Shown here: in pieces, positions 17,680-27,251 of the stretch
How positions within the stretch are numbered: the first letter of the stretch is position 1
Layout of the letters: each line of letters begins with the position of its first letter
Origin: a virus
Strand: one strand, 5' to 3'
DNA length: 64,000 bases
Virus record (IMG/VR): IMGVR_UViG_3300020174_000004
Location: 1-64,000 of that record
Position numbers and translations under genes: made by a program
Notes under the pieces: generated by a model
Database searches by the model: none
What the model was told of the DNA's origin: nothing
The model's input: only the letters and a program-made list of their open reading frames with translations

Positions 17680-18168
17680 ATGGGAGGTCAAATGAAGATA
17701 ATAACAAGAGGCCAACCAACTAAAGTAAACAGAAGTTTATGTAAAAAAGCTATCAAATGGTATGCTGAAAAGTTAATACCAGAAAGAAAGCTTAAGAATA
17801 AAATTATAAGAGTTCAATTTGAAAAAGAGCTCTTAAAAAAGCATGGTATATTTGGTGAATGCTTTGATGATGATCAAGAAAAACATACATATGATATTAT
17901 TATGGATTCCGCACTTCCAAAAACTCAAATGCTTACAGCATTAGCGCACGAAGTAACTCATATAAAACAATTCATTAATGGTGAACTTAAAAATATGAGT
18001 GGCGCATTCTGTAAATGGAATGGTATTAAAGTTAATTATGAAGAAATTGAGTACTGGGATCATCCATGGGAAATTGATGCTCATGGGAGAGAAAAAGGTC
18101 TTTACTATAGATTTTTAGATTCTTTAAAGAGAAAGAAGAATGATGTCAGCGTTCGAGTGTTATCGTGA
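17680..18168 (+). CDS. Zincin-like metallopeptidase
   Basis: ALAHEVTHIKQ (HExxH), YWDHPWEIDA. Confidence 0.8.
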   Translation: MGGQMKIITRGQPTKVNRSLCKKAIKWYAEKLIPERKLKNKIIRVQFEKELLKKHGIFGECFDDDQEKHTYDIIMDSALPKTQMLTALAHEVTHIKQFINGELKNMSGAFCKWNGIKVNYEEIEYWDHPWEIDAHGREKGLYYRFLDSLKRKKNDVSVRVLS

Positions 18169-18721
18169 ATACATTGCATTGAAACAACACTTCACACAAA
18201 AGAATTATGACTATATCAAATATAATGGAAAAGTAAAAACAGCAACGGAGAAGAGCTTTAACGCTAGACGTGATAAGCTCTTCTTTATGAAACTCGCTAA
18301 ACATCAGGATCCAAAAAACTTCTTGATTGCTAATATGATCGAGACTTCCAAGACTTGGATTGGTGAACTTGCATATAATGAAGAAGCTCAAAAAAGATAT
18401 ATTGATTGGTCTAAACGAATTCAATCTTTGACATATAATTTCAAGATTGATATAAATAAGTTAAATGAGAATTTTGATTCTAATTTTGTAATTGAAGATT
18501 ACTCTCATCCTTATGCGTTGAAGTTATATCTTCAAAAAGAAATTAGTCTTGAAACACTAGTAATCCTTTTGGATCTAGTGCGTTGTTTCAAATATTGGAA
18601 CAACAAAATGGATGGAGACCCGATCTGGGATGAAATATCATTAAGGATCTTAAAGTACCGTCCATTTTTAAACTATGATGTTAATAAACTAAAGCAAATG
18701 GTTATTGACAAATTTGAATAA
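18140..18721 (+). CDS. 59: Helicase loader gp59
   Basis: YIALKQHF..KNYDYIKYNGK, RRDKLFF, ISLETL. Confidence 0.9.
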   Translation: MMSAFECYREYIALKQHFTQKNYDYIKYNGKVKTATEKSFNARRDKLFFMKLAKHQDPKNFLIANMIETSKTWIGELAYNEEAQKRYIDWSKRIQSLTYNFKIDINKLNENFDSNFVIEDYSHPYALKLYLQKEISLETLVILLDLVRCFKYWNNKMDGDPIWDEISLRILKYRPFLNYDVNKLKQMVIDKFE

Positions 18722-18733
18722 ACCTGATATATT
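18705..18733 (+). promoter_or_regulatory. Sigma70-type promoter for gp32
   Basis: TTGACA-17 bp-TATATT with extended TGn. Confidence 0.75.
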
Positions 18734-18786
18734 AATATGGTATCTGTGGATAAAACGCAAATACATCGCTTATACGGAGAAAATAA

Positions 18787-19674
18787 ATGAATTCATTCGC
18801 ACAGCTAAAAACATCTAAAAATTCTATGGAGAAGCTCCTTGACCAAATGAAGAAGGAGAATCCATCTGCAGGAAAGAAGGTCGGAGATGACCGATTCTGG
18901 ACTCCAACAGTTGATAAGGCAGGTAATGGTTCAGCCATTATTCGTTTTCTTCCACCATCAAATGGTGAAGATACTCCTTTTGTTCGACTCTGGGATCATG
19001 GGTTCCAAGGCCCAACCGGTCTTTGGTACATCGAAAATTCTCTAACATCAATTGGTAAGCCTGATCCAGTTTCTGAGTATAATTCTCAGCTTTGGAATTC
19101 TGGTATTGAATCCAACAAGGATATTGTTCGCAAGCAAAAGCGACGTTTGTATTTTGTTGCTAATATCTATGTTGTAACAGATCCAGGTAACCCAGATAAT
19201 GAAGGTAAGATATTCCTTTATAAGTTTGGTAAGAAGATCTTTGATAAGATGAAGGATGTAATGGAACCTTCATTTGAAGATGAAGAACCAATGAATCCTT
19301 TTGACTTCTGGGAAGGCGCAAATTTCCGTCTACGTATTCGAAATGTAGAAGGTTATCGTAATTATGATAAGTCAGATTTTGGTAAGTCTGGTCCATTGCT
19401 TGACGATGATGAAAAGCTTGAAGAGATCTGGAAGACTCAGTATCCTTTACAGCCTTTTGTTAATGCAAGTAACTTTAAGAGCTATGAAGATCTAAAGAAG
19501 AAGCTTGAAAAAGTACTTGGCCTTGATGGGACTGGTCGTGCGCCAATGAAGGCTGAAGAATATGATGAGGATCCTGCGCCAACATTTAAGGCTAAGGAAC
19601 CAGCCATGTCTATGGCATCATCTAATGATGAGGATGACGGTCTTGAATTCTTTAAGAATCTAGCCAATCGCTAA
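18787..19674 (+). CDS. 32: Single-stranded DNA-binding protein gp32
   Basis: DDRFW, GNGSAIIRFLP, HGFQG, FGKKIFDK, PFDFWEGANF, acidic tail. Confidence 0.95.
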   Translation: MNSFAQLKTSKNSMEKLLDQMKKENPSAGKKVGDDRFWTPTVDKAGNGSAIIRFLPPSNGEDTPFVRLWDHGFQGPTGLWYIENSLTSIGKPDPVSEYNSQLWNSGIESNKDIVRKQKRRLYFVANIYVVTDPGNPDNEGKIFLYKFGKKIFDKMKDVMEPSFEDEEPMNPFDFWEGANFRLRIRNVEGYRNYDKSDFGKSGPLLDDDEKLEEIWKTQYPLQPFVNASNFKSYEDLKKKLEKVLGLDGTGRAPMKAEEYDEDPAPTFKAKEPAMSMASSNDEDDGLEFFKNLANR

Positions 19675-19680
19675 AAGATT

Positions 19681-19706
19681 AAGGGAGGCTTAAGCCTCCC
19701 TTTTTA
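19681..19706. terminator. Intrinsic terminator between convergent genes
   Basis: AAGGGAGGC-TTAA-GCCTCCCTT followed by TTT. Confidence 0.9.
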
Positions 19707-19707
19707 T

Positions 19708-22700
19708 TTAATTATTTTTACCCACTGTTAAACTAAATGATGATGACAAATCTCCTTCATTGGGTGGTACGTTTGACATTCCTCTTGCAATAGATGGAGC
19801 AATATCAATTGAAAAAGGTAATGAAGTTTGTGGTTTAACAGATTGTTCAGAACCAGGTAATTGTTTTTGATCTATTAAATTACGATCCATTATACCAGGA
19901 TTAGGTAAATTTTGGATTACAGGTCTTGGTTGTTCTGGTGGAATTTTAGGTGGAGCTTTTGGCATCATTTCATATGGGCTCACTTGAGCTGAACCTACAT
20001 TAGTATCTTGACCTGTTTCAATTTTAGCAAGTGATTCATTTGTTAAAACTCCTGGTAGTTTGCCAGGTAATTCTGGTGGCGGAAGTTGAGCTTGAACTGC
20101 TCTTGCCATTCTAGCATCTTCCATCGCTGCAATTGCATCAAATCTTTTTGCTTTTCCAGTTGTTCTTGCTGTTACATTATTTTTTTCAGCAAGTTGTGCT
20201 GGTGTTCCTTCTTGTTTTGGTGCTTCTTTTCTTGCTTTTTCAATAGCCGCTCTTTTTGCATCTTTTGCCATTTCAGAATCAAAATCAAAATAATCTAAAG
20301 CAGAAGGATCTTTTTCTGCCGTTTTTAAAACCCCACGCATATCCAAACGTTCAAAAGGACTTTTTTCTCTTAATCCATATTTAGAAAGTGATTCTGCATC
20401 TAAACCGCCTGGTTCATTTACACCTTCAAAATCCGGTCTTACCGGTGGTAATGGCATACCACCAGTTCTTCCACCTGATCTGCCTCTTTTTGTTGATACT
20501 CTTTTAGCAGCTTCTCTTTGCGGAGTTCGATCTCCACCTTTAGCTTGCCATTGTTTCATAAGAGCATCAGCTCTAATCATATCTGCTGGATTTCCAGATT
20601 CATTATATTTTTCCCATGATGCTGTGACATCAGCTTTAGTTATTCCACTGCCACCTGCTCCAACACTACCAGTAGTTCCACGCCCAACACCTGAAGCACC
20701 ACCAGGAGACATGCCAGTCGCGCGAAGAATATTTTGTAATGCGCCGGGAAGTGTTCCACCACCAGTTTCAGTAGAGCCTCTTGCCGGCATATTTGCTGAT
20801 CCAGCACCAGCGCCAGTGCCAGTTCCAGCAGTTCTAGCATCAGCAGTATTACCAATATTTGTTTGACCTTTACGTCCAGCAGCCCATGCTTCTCTAATCC
20901 ATTGTGAACCACCCCAAACAGCAGCTTTACCAAATCCAACATGAATTCTAGATGGACCCATATAACCGTTTCCATGGCCAACGCCAGTAGCACCTAATGA
21001 AACAGCAGTAGCTACGAATTTTGCCATAATAGCACGATCTTGTGGATTGTTTGCTGAAAGTCTTCTTCCACCAACAAAAAGATCTAAATCAGCAGCATTT
21101 CCTTGATCATGTCTATGAGAACCAACAGCACCTGGTGCACCTGGCATTCTTTGTCCACCAGAATAAACTTTTACTGTTACACCTGCTGCATTAGCTGCTT
21201 GTTGTAGGATACTAACAAGTCTTTGACTTAAAGTGCCTCTTCTTGTTCCAGCAGCTTTTCCTTGCAATTGCATAACACTTCCAGAATCAGTACCCGTTGC
21301 AGTTCCAACGCCTGCTCCACCACCTGGTGCTGACTGTGTATTTGTGTATGACATTGCGCCGCCACCCATTATTCCAGATGGAGTACTTGCAATTGATGGT
21401 GTTGACATATTGCTCATATTAATGCCAGCAGCACCAAGTATTCCGCTTAAAGCTGCTTGTGGTGTAGTTACTGAACCACCAGCAGATGAAGTTGACGCTG
21501 GAGCAGCATTTGAAATAAATGTTGGAGCAACTCCAGCATTTGCTGTAGCGCCACCCATAAATCTTTGGTATGTGCCTGATTTATAAACAGACCATGCATT
21601 AAATCCTTGCTGCCTATAAACTCTATAAGCAGCTTTGGCATTTACTCTTGGATCAAATAATTGTTCATTGGCATTTATACCAAATTCTCTTCTACGAGCC
21701 GGACCTAAACGCCCAATCATATTGATTTGCCATAATCCATATGAATTATCACCAGTTGATGCATTTGGATTATGAGCGTCAGATCTTCCACTAGATTCAG
21801 CCATAGCAATTGCTGCCATAGTAACTGATTCTTGTTGATTAAATCCCGCACCTTTTGCTAAAGAAACAAGTTCAGCAAAACCTAATTTTCTTGAAGTTAT
21901 GGCTGGAGCTCTAGCTCTTTGTGAAGATGAAGAAGTAGTAGTCGGAGCTCCTATACCTAAAGAATCTGCTACAGGATCAATGTTTCTAACCAATGATCTA
22001 GCAGGATCATTAGATATTCTTGAACCTATATCAATTTTTTCACCAGTTTTTTTAACTGTTATAATTCTTTTTAACTTATCATATGTAACATCTCTAGAAC
22101 TTAAATTTCTTTTTTTCATTTCTTCTTGAATAAGCTTCATAGCTTCATTTCTAGAAGTATCACCAGCTCTTCTAATATTAGAAGCAGCCGAATCTCTCAT
22201 TGCTTTTTTAGTTTCAGTTTGTTCTTCTTTTGAACGAGGCCCTTGTCTAAATGCTTCAAATGCAGCAATTGCTAGTCCTAAAGGGCCTGCTAATCTACCT
22301 ACCAATTTAAGTGCTGGAAGTAATGAAGCAATACCTGCGGCAAGACCAGCAGTTTCTGCTATTCCAGATCCTCCTCCACCTTTTCCTAAATTATCAGCAA
22401 TGCCTAATAATATTTTATTAGTATTGCTTTGATGTTTTACCTGTGTTGCTAATAAATCATTAGAAATAGCAACTGCTGAAGCAACTTGTCCTAGTAACTG
22501 GTTTGATCTTTCAATTCCTTTGGCCAATCCTGATATAGTAGGTTCTACAGACATTGTGCCACCAGATGATCTTGTAGCTTTTTTAGCATCTGCTGGAGAA
22601 TCATCTAATGAACCAAGTCTACTTCTAAAAGCTGACATTAATCCACCAGCAACAGCGGCAGCACCTACTCCTGCCGCTGTAGCTCCAGTCCCGCCAACTT

Positions 22701-22716
22701 TTGGTACTTTAACCAT
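19708..22716 (-). CDS. Tape-measure/hub-like (gp29-like) protein with lytic transglycosylase and M15-like peptidase domains
   Basis: Gly/Ala-rich; AIAMAESSG...DNSYGLWQIN (SLT/lysozyme-like); SHRHDQGNAADL...IHVG (M15-type Zn ligands); downstream of gp26/gp51-like genes. Confidence 0.75.
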   Translation of the reverse strand: MVKVPKVGGTGATAAGVGAAAVAGGLMSAFRSRLGSLDDSPADAKKATRSSGGTMSVEPTISGLAKGIERSNQLLGQVASAVAISNDLLATQVKHQSNTNKILLGIADNLGKGGGGSGIAETAGLAAGIASLLPALKLVGRLAGPLGLAIAAFEAFRQGPRSKEEQTETKKAMRDSAASNIRRAGDTSRNEAMKLIQEEMKKRNLSSRDVTYDKLKRIITVKKTGEKIDIGSRISNDPARSLVRNIDPVADSLGIGAPTTTSSSSQRARAPAITSRKLGFAELVSLAKGAGFNQQESVTMAAIAMAESSGRSDAHNPNASTGDNSYGLWQINMIGRLGPARRREFGINANEQLFDPRVNAKAAYRVYRQQGFNAWSVYKSGTYQRFMGGATANAGVAPTFISNAAPASTSSAGGSVTTPQAALSGILGAAGINMSNMSTPSIASTPSGIMGGGAMSYTNTQSAPGGGAGVGTATGTDSGSVMQLQGKAAGTRRGTLSQRLVSILQQAANAAGVTVKVYSGGQRMPGAPGAVGSHRHDQGNAADLDLFVGGRRLSANNPQDRAIMAKFVATAVSLGATGVGHGNGYMGPSRIHVGFGKAAVWGGSQWIREAWAAGRKGQTNIGNTADARTAGTGTGAGAGSANMPARGSTETGGGTLPGALQNILRATGMSPGGASGVGRGTTGSVGAGGSGITKADVTASWEKYNESGNPADMIRADALMKQWQAKGGDRTPQREAAKRVSTKRGRSGGRTGGMPLPPVRPDFEGVNEPGGLDAESLSKYGLREKSPFERLDMRGVLKTAEKDPSALDYFDFDSEMAKDAKRAAIEKARKEAPKQEGTPAQLAEKNNVTARTTGKAKRFDAIAAMEDARMARAVQAQLPPPELPGKLPGVLTNESLAKIETGQDTNVGSAQVSPYEMMPKAPPKIPPEQPRPVIQNLPNPGIMDRNLIDQKQLPGSEQSVKPQTSLPFSIDIAPSIARGMSNVPPNEGDLSSSFSLTVGKNN

Positions 22717-22904
22717 TATTGATTATTCCTTGTTGCTTCTTCTTGTTCTGTCATATGTTTATTAAGCAAATCAATATATAAATCTCTTTCAAATGGTATA
22801 AGGTTTTCAATTTCACTAATAGAATATTTATGGTGCTGAGCCAGTATGAATATACTCATATAGTATGATTCAAGATTGTTGTGGCTCAGCGCAACATAAA
22901 AAAA
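22716..22904 (-). CDS. gp51-like baseplate hub/tail assembly protein, no upstream ATG; probable -1 frameshift extension of gp26-like gene (not in ORF track)
   Basis: Manual translation FFYVALSHNNLESYYMSIFILAQHHKYSISEIENLIPFERDLYIDLL...NNQ*; stop overlaps tape-measure ATG. Confidence 0.8.
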   Translation of the reverse strand, partial: FFYVALSHNNLESYYMSIFILAQHHKYSISEIENLIPFERDLYIDLLNKHMTEQEEATRNNQ

Positions 22905-23611
22905 TCATTTAAAGTTCTCAAATAAATTTTTCTTTCACTTCCTAATGAATTTTTATATTCAATAGCATGTTCCATATGTGGAATATTTCCTAAAAAATCT
23001 CCAAGTTTATCAAGAATTTTAATACCTAGACTATTCAAAAATTCATCTAATTCTTTATTATCAAAATCTTTTGTTGTATAATTTTTTTCTTTATCATAAA
23101 TTCTATCAACGCACTTTGCAATGAGTGGAATAAATGAATCTTCAACTTTTGATTTATTTAAAAATTCTTTATCTGATAAGATTGAAACTGTAGGATATTT
23201 TAATATAATTCCCATATCATCATTAATCTTAATATTCATTTCTTCTTTTTCAGGATATTTTAATTTTACATTTTTAAGTTCAATTTTAAAATCATATTCT
23301 TTTTCATCTTCATTATCAATATATTTTAATTCAATTACATCTTGAATAGAATTTGCTCTAATCATAAGAAAGAAATATTCCATATCAAAAATTGGAATTG
23401 ATTCCACATCAAATCCATCTTCCAAACAACAATTTTGAACAATTTGTTTTACTGATAACATAATATCAGCATCATCTTCAGAAGCTTTACCCATAAGAAG
23501 AATCTTTTCTTCTTTAACAAGCATAGGTCTAAATTTTAATAATTTTTTATTTGAAGGCGCTTCAATTGTAAAAATAGGATAATCAATTTTAGGTAATGGC
23601 ATAGATTTCAC
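22886..23611 (-). CDS. Baseplate hub assembly protein, gp26-like
   Basis: LPKIDYP, KFRPMLVKEEKILL, FDMEYFFLMIRANS, LKYP, LNDFF. Confidence 0.88.
   Translation of the reverse strand: MKSMPLPKIDYPIFTIEAPSNKKLLKFRPMLVKEEKILLMGKASEDDADIMLSVKQIVQNCCLEDGFDVESIPIFDMEYFFLMIRANSIQDVIELKYIDNEDEKEYDFKIELKNVKLKYPEKEEMNIKINDDMGIILKYPTVSILSDKEFLNKSKVEDSFIPLIAKCVDRIYDKEKNYTTKDFDNKELDEFLNSLGIKILDKLGDFLGNIPHMEHAIEYKNSLGSERKIYLRTLNDFFMLR
22898..22904 (-). other. Slippery heptamer U_UUU_UUU, candidate programmed -1 frameshift site
   Basis: Minus strand GAT TTT TTT ATG TTG CGC TGA; -1 frame TGA TTT TTT TAT GTT GCG CTG AGC CAC. Confidence 0.7.
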
Positions 23612-23617
23612 TCCATT

Positions 23618-24406
23618 TTAAAATGCTGTTGAGCCAGCTCCATATGTATTTGCTGGTGTTGGTATATTAGCTTGACTTGTGGTAGGTTTAATGGTATTTG
23701 TTAAAGATTGAAGAACACCATTAGAAGAAATTGTGTTTTGTGGAACATTAACATTAGCCATAGCATTAACATTTACATTATCAAGTTTCCATTCTTTATA
23801 CGTAAAGTTAACATTTAATCTCATTAAAGAACTTCTATTTGACCATGATAAATCAATTTCTGATAATGAAATAGGAAAAGCTTTTAATAGTCTAAATATT
23901 TGAACGGGATTTTCTCCAGAATCATCATAGATAATTATCTCAATATCAGAAGCATAATAATTTTTATATGTTAATTCATATGATGCTAAACCGGAATTTT
24001 GAGTATTTTTATTTGGTGCATTATTATTTGATCCAGGAGAAAAATTAAAAATATAATTCATCCATGAATAAAAGAAAGAATAAAGATCACCATTTTTATC
24101 TGCAATAAATGAAATTCCTATATCAGAAAAAGTAGCATTAAATGGTTTCTTTTCAGAAGGCCCAATTCCATATCTAAAAATATTAGCTGATGCAAATGCA
24201 ATACCAGGAGTACGAATTCTATCTCCTCTAAATGTAATTAGATCAGAAAGTTGCCTTCCAAAATTTTGTACAGTTGCTCCATTATTATCAACATTACCGC
24301 CAAGTAATCCAGGAGGAGTTACTATATTAACTAGATACTTGGAACTATTTAAAGTTCCAGTAGCATTAATATGTGATTTGAAGTTATTAATATTAAATCC
24401 TGGCAT
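23618..24406 (-). CDS. Tail tube initiator / tube-like protein (gp54/gp19 fold)
   Basis: FNINNFKS, TPG, FYSWMNYI, AFPISLSEIDLSW, VNFTYKEW. Confidence 0.75.
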   Translation of the reverse strand: MPGFNINNFKSHINATGTLNSSKYLVNIVTPPGLLGGNVDNNGATVQNFGRQLSDLITFRGDRIRTPGIAFASANIFRYGIGPSEKKPFNATFSDIGISFIADKNGDLYSFFYSWMNYIFNFSPGSNNNAPNKNTQNSGLASYELTYKNYYASDIEIIIYDDSGENPVQIFRLLKAFPISLSEIDLSWSNRSSLMRLNVNFTYKEWKLDNVNVNAMANVNVPQNTISSNGVLQSLTNTIKPTTSQANIPTPANTYGAGSTAF

Positions 24407-24975
24407 TATACTTTCCTAATAGAATCTGCATAAACTTTAGATTCATTGGTTTTTTGAAAACTTTGTGTTGGTAATAATATAGCTTTAGTCCAATCATTGG
24501 GTTCAATTTCTTTAAAACCAGAACGAATATGAGAAAATAAATATCTTTTTACACATGGCTGAAAATATCTAAATTTTGTTGCTCCTTTTAGAACATCATA
24601 TGATATTTTTAACTTTGTTGTTTCATCGAAATTCTTATTATTTATTGTATCATAAAGAGCATCTAATAATCTTGCTCTTAGTATTGGTGGAAGATAATGA
24701 AAATTAATTCCAAGAAAACCATCACCATATGATTCAATTGGAAATACTAATGGAAATTTATCATAATATGGAAGTTTATCTTTTGTTTTTGGATCATAAG
24801 AAAAAAGATACATTCTTCCAATTTCAATTCTATTTCTAGAACCAACTATTCTTTTTATTTCTTTTAAAAATGTCATGGATGTATCACGAAACCATTGATT
24901 GGCATCGCTAATATTGGTTTTTATGTTTGATCTTGTCAAACCAAATTTTATTAAATCTGAAAATAAAGTTGCCAT
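24406..24975 (-). CDS. 2: DNA end protector gp2
   Basis: GRMYLFSYDPKTKDKLPYYDKFPL, GINFHYLP, CVKRYL. Confidence 0.9.
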   Translation of the reverse strand: MATLFSDLIKFGLTRSNIKTNISDANQWFRDTSMTFLKEIKRIVGSRNRIEIGRMYLFSYDPKTKDKLPYYDKFPLVFPIESYGDGFLGINFHYLPPILRARLLDALYDTINNKNFDETTKLKISYDVLKGATKFRYFQPCVKRYLFSHIRSGFKEIEPNDWTKAILLPTQSFQKTNESKVYADSIRKV

Positions 24976-24977
24976 GT

Positions 24978-25427
24978 TTAAAACTTTATGTTAAGTTCTT
25001 TTTCTGTCATTATCTTAAATTTCCATCCTCGATCTTTACAGAATTCTTGGGCTCTTTCCCACTTAGAACTATTTATTCCCCAAGTCATAACCTCTTGAAT
25101 ATATCTTTTAGATTTCTTATTTTGATCAGGCGGTTGTGTTTGCTTAAAAGGTTTAACCTCAATAATTAGTACTTCAATTTTACCGGTTTTATCTTTTCTT
25201 TTTACATAAAAATCTGGAAAATATCGATGGATTTTATTATCAATCGGAGATCGATATGGTATAAAGAATTCTTCACTTGACCATTCAATAACATCCGGAT
25301 GCGCATCAAGATATGTCATGAGTTTAAGTTCCCATCTTGATCTATAAATAATATTTGATGGGTCGCCTTTGTATTTCTTATAGTTTTTAGGTTTAAAAAA
25401 TCCCTTATATGCCATATTTTCTTTCAA
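24978..25427 (-). CDS. 4: Head completion nuclease gp4
   Basis: KYKGDPSNIIYRSRWE, WSSEE, HRYFPDF, IEVKP, KWERA; start probably at MAYKG. Confidence 0.92.
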   Translation of the reverse strand: MKENMAYKGFFKPKNYKKYKGDPSNIIYRSRWELKLMTYLDAHPDVIEWSSEEFFIPYRSPIDNKIHRYFPDFYVKRKDKTGKIEVLIIEVKPFKQTQPPDQNKKSKRYIQEVMTWGINSSKWERAQEFCKDRGWKFKIMTEKELNIKF

Positions 25428-25435
25428 ATTAATGT

Positions 25436-25459
25436 AATAAATAATAAAAAATATTTATA
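25436..25459. promoter_or_regulatory. Divergent late promoters
   Basis: AATAAATA (+, 25436-25443) and TATAAATA on minus strand (25452-25459) between divergent operons. Confidence 0.7.
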
Positions 25460-25470
25460 AAGGTTTTTAA

Positions 25471-26379
25471 ATGGCTGGATTAGGAAAAATAGCAACTTGG
25501 TTTGGATTGGGAGCTGCGGGTGGAGCAGTTGCTGGTGCTGCAGGAACTGCTGCTGGTATTGCAGCGGTAACTGCAATAAACAAACTTGCTAGTGCTAGTT
25601 CTTTTAATCTTTCTGGTGATTCACATTTTCCTCAAGATTTAGAAAATTATAAACATTATATATCTTTTCAATTTTCAGAATATAAAAGACGATCTATATT
25701 TGATAGAGCATTTTATAACGGAATTGGCTCAATTAGACTTCCAATGCCTGCAAATCTTGTAGATCAACAAAAAGTTGATTACGAAACACAAGGCAATTTA
25801 TTAGTTGGGGCAGGTGTTGAATATGGTTTAAAACAAGGAAGCCAAGCAACAGCCGCAACGGGCGCCTTAAGTGGACAAATTGCTGGCGCTGTTCCACTTG
25901 TAGGCAGTGCGCAATCTCTTCTTAGTAGTTCTGGAGGTGCACAGGCTTTACAAGTATATGGACTAGCAGTAAATCCATTTTTAACTGTTTTATTTAAATC
26001 TCCTACTTTTAAAAGACATTCTTTTGCATGGAGATTATCTCCAAATGATCCTAAAGAATCTACTTTAATAAACAATATATTAACAAAATTTAGATATCAT
26101 ATGCTTCCAGCAAAAGCCGATTCAGTAGTAGGAGCTATTTTAAAATATCCAGATATATGTAATGTAAAATTACACCCAGATGATAATTGGCTTTATAAAT
26201 TTAAACCCTGTGTTGTAGAAAGCATATCAATTAATTTTTCACCAAATGGTAATCCAGCTTTTTATTCTCAAACAAATGCTCCTTCAGATGTTCAATTTAC
26301 TATAAATCTTTTAGAAATTGAATACTGGTTAAAAGAAGATTTTGCCGGTGGTCCACTTGGGTTTGGAGTAGGATTCTAA
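25471..26379 (+). CDS. Baseplate tail-tube cap gp48-like
   Basis: IRLPMP, VNPFLTVLFKSPTFKRHSF.W.LSP, YPD, FKPCV. Confidence 0.85.
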   Translation: MAGLGKIATWFGLGAAGGAVAGAAGTAAGIAAVTAINKLASASSFNLSGDSHFPQDLENYKHYISFQFSEYKRRSIFDRAFYNGIGSIRLPMPANLVDQQKVDYETQGNLLVGAGVEYGLKQGSQATAATGALSGQIAGAVPLVGSAQSLLSSSGGAQALQVYGLAVNPFLTVLFKSPTFKRHSFAWRLSPNDPKESTLINNILTKFRYHMLPAKADSVVGAILKYPDICNVKLHPDDNWLYKFKPCVVESISINFSPNGNPAFYSQTNAPSDVQFTINLLEIEYWLKEDFAGGPLGFGVGF

Positions 26380-27251
26380 TGGCTTATAATTCTTATTTTA
26401 CCAAATTTCCACTTATATCCTATAATGATAAAGCGGCAATAGATATAACAAGAAAAGTAAAATTTGTTCAGTCAGTTAGACAGAATCCATATATTTTCTT
26501 TCCATATACAATTCATAATAGTGAAAGATCTGATCAAATTGCTGATAGATTATATGAGGATCCTTATTATGATTGGATGGTTTATCTCTCTAATGAAATA
26601 ACAGATCCTTACTTTGAATATTATTTGACTGAAGAACAATTTAAATTATTTTTACTTAAAAAGTATGGATCAATTGAAAATTCTCAAGAAAAAGTTATTT
26701 CATGGAGAAATAATTGGGAAATTTCTGATGATATTACTATATCAGCATATAATGCATTAGTTCCAGAAAGAAAAAAGTATTGGGTTCCTTTATATAGAGA
26801 AGATAATAAAGGTGTTATATTAGCATATACTAGAAAAAGAAATGATTGGTCACATAGAACTAATCGTCTTGTAAAATATGTTATATCTGGATCTCATACA
26901 TTCAAAGAAGATGAAATGGTAACTATTAAAAATGGAAGTACAATTGTTGGACAAGGTGAAATTGAATATGCTAATGGAACAAATATTATATTAAAAAATG
27001 TTCAAAATGATTATAACTTCATTGGAACAATGACAAGCAGAACAACAAATAATTCAGTTACTATTGTTTCTTCAGTAGACATATCTGGTTGTGGAATTAA
27101 TACATTAGAATTATCATATTATTCTCCTTTTAGCGCTTATGATTATGAGCAAGAGAAAAATGAATATAATAAAACATTAATTCTTTTACGTCAAGACCAT
27201 GTTTATGATGTTAATGAAGAAATAACTAATTTGTTAGAAGTTAATCAATAA
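26379..27251 (+). CDS. 53: Baseplate wedge gp53
   Basis: YFTKFP, ERSDQIADRLY, WMVYLSNEI.DP, YDYEQEKNE. Confidence 0.88.
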   Translation: MAYNSYFTKFPLISYNDKAAIDITRKVKFVQSVRQNPYIFFPYTIHNSERSDQIADRLYEDPYYDWMVYLSNEITDPYFEYYLTEEQFKLFLLKKYGSIENSQEKVISWRNNWEISDDITISAYNALVPERKKYWVPLYREDNKGVILAYTRKRNDWSHRTNRLVKYVISGSHTFKEDEMVTIKNGSTIVGQGEIEYANGTNIILKNVQNDYNFIGTMTSRTTNNSVTIVSSVDISGCGINTLELSYYSPFSAYDYEQEKNEYNKTLILLRQDHVYDVNEEITNLLEVNQ

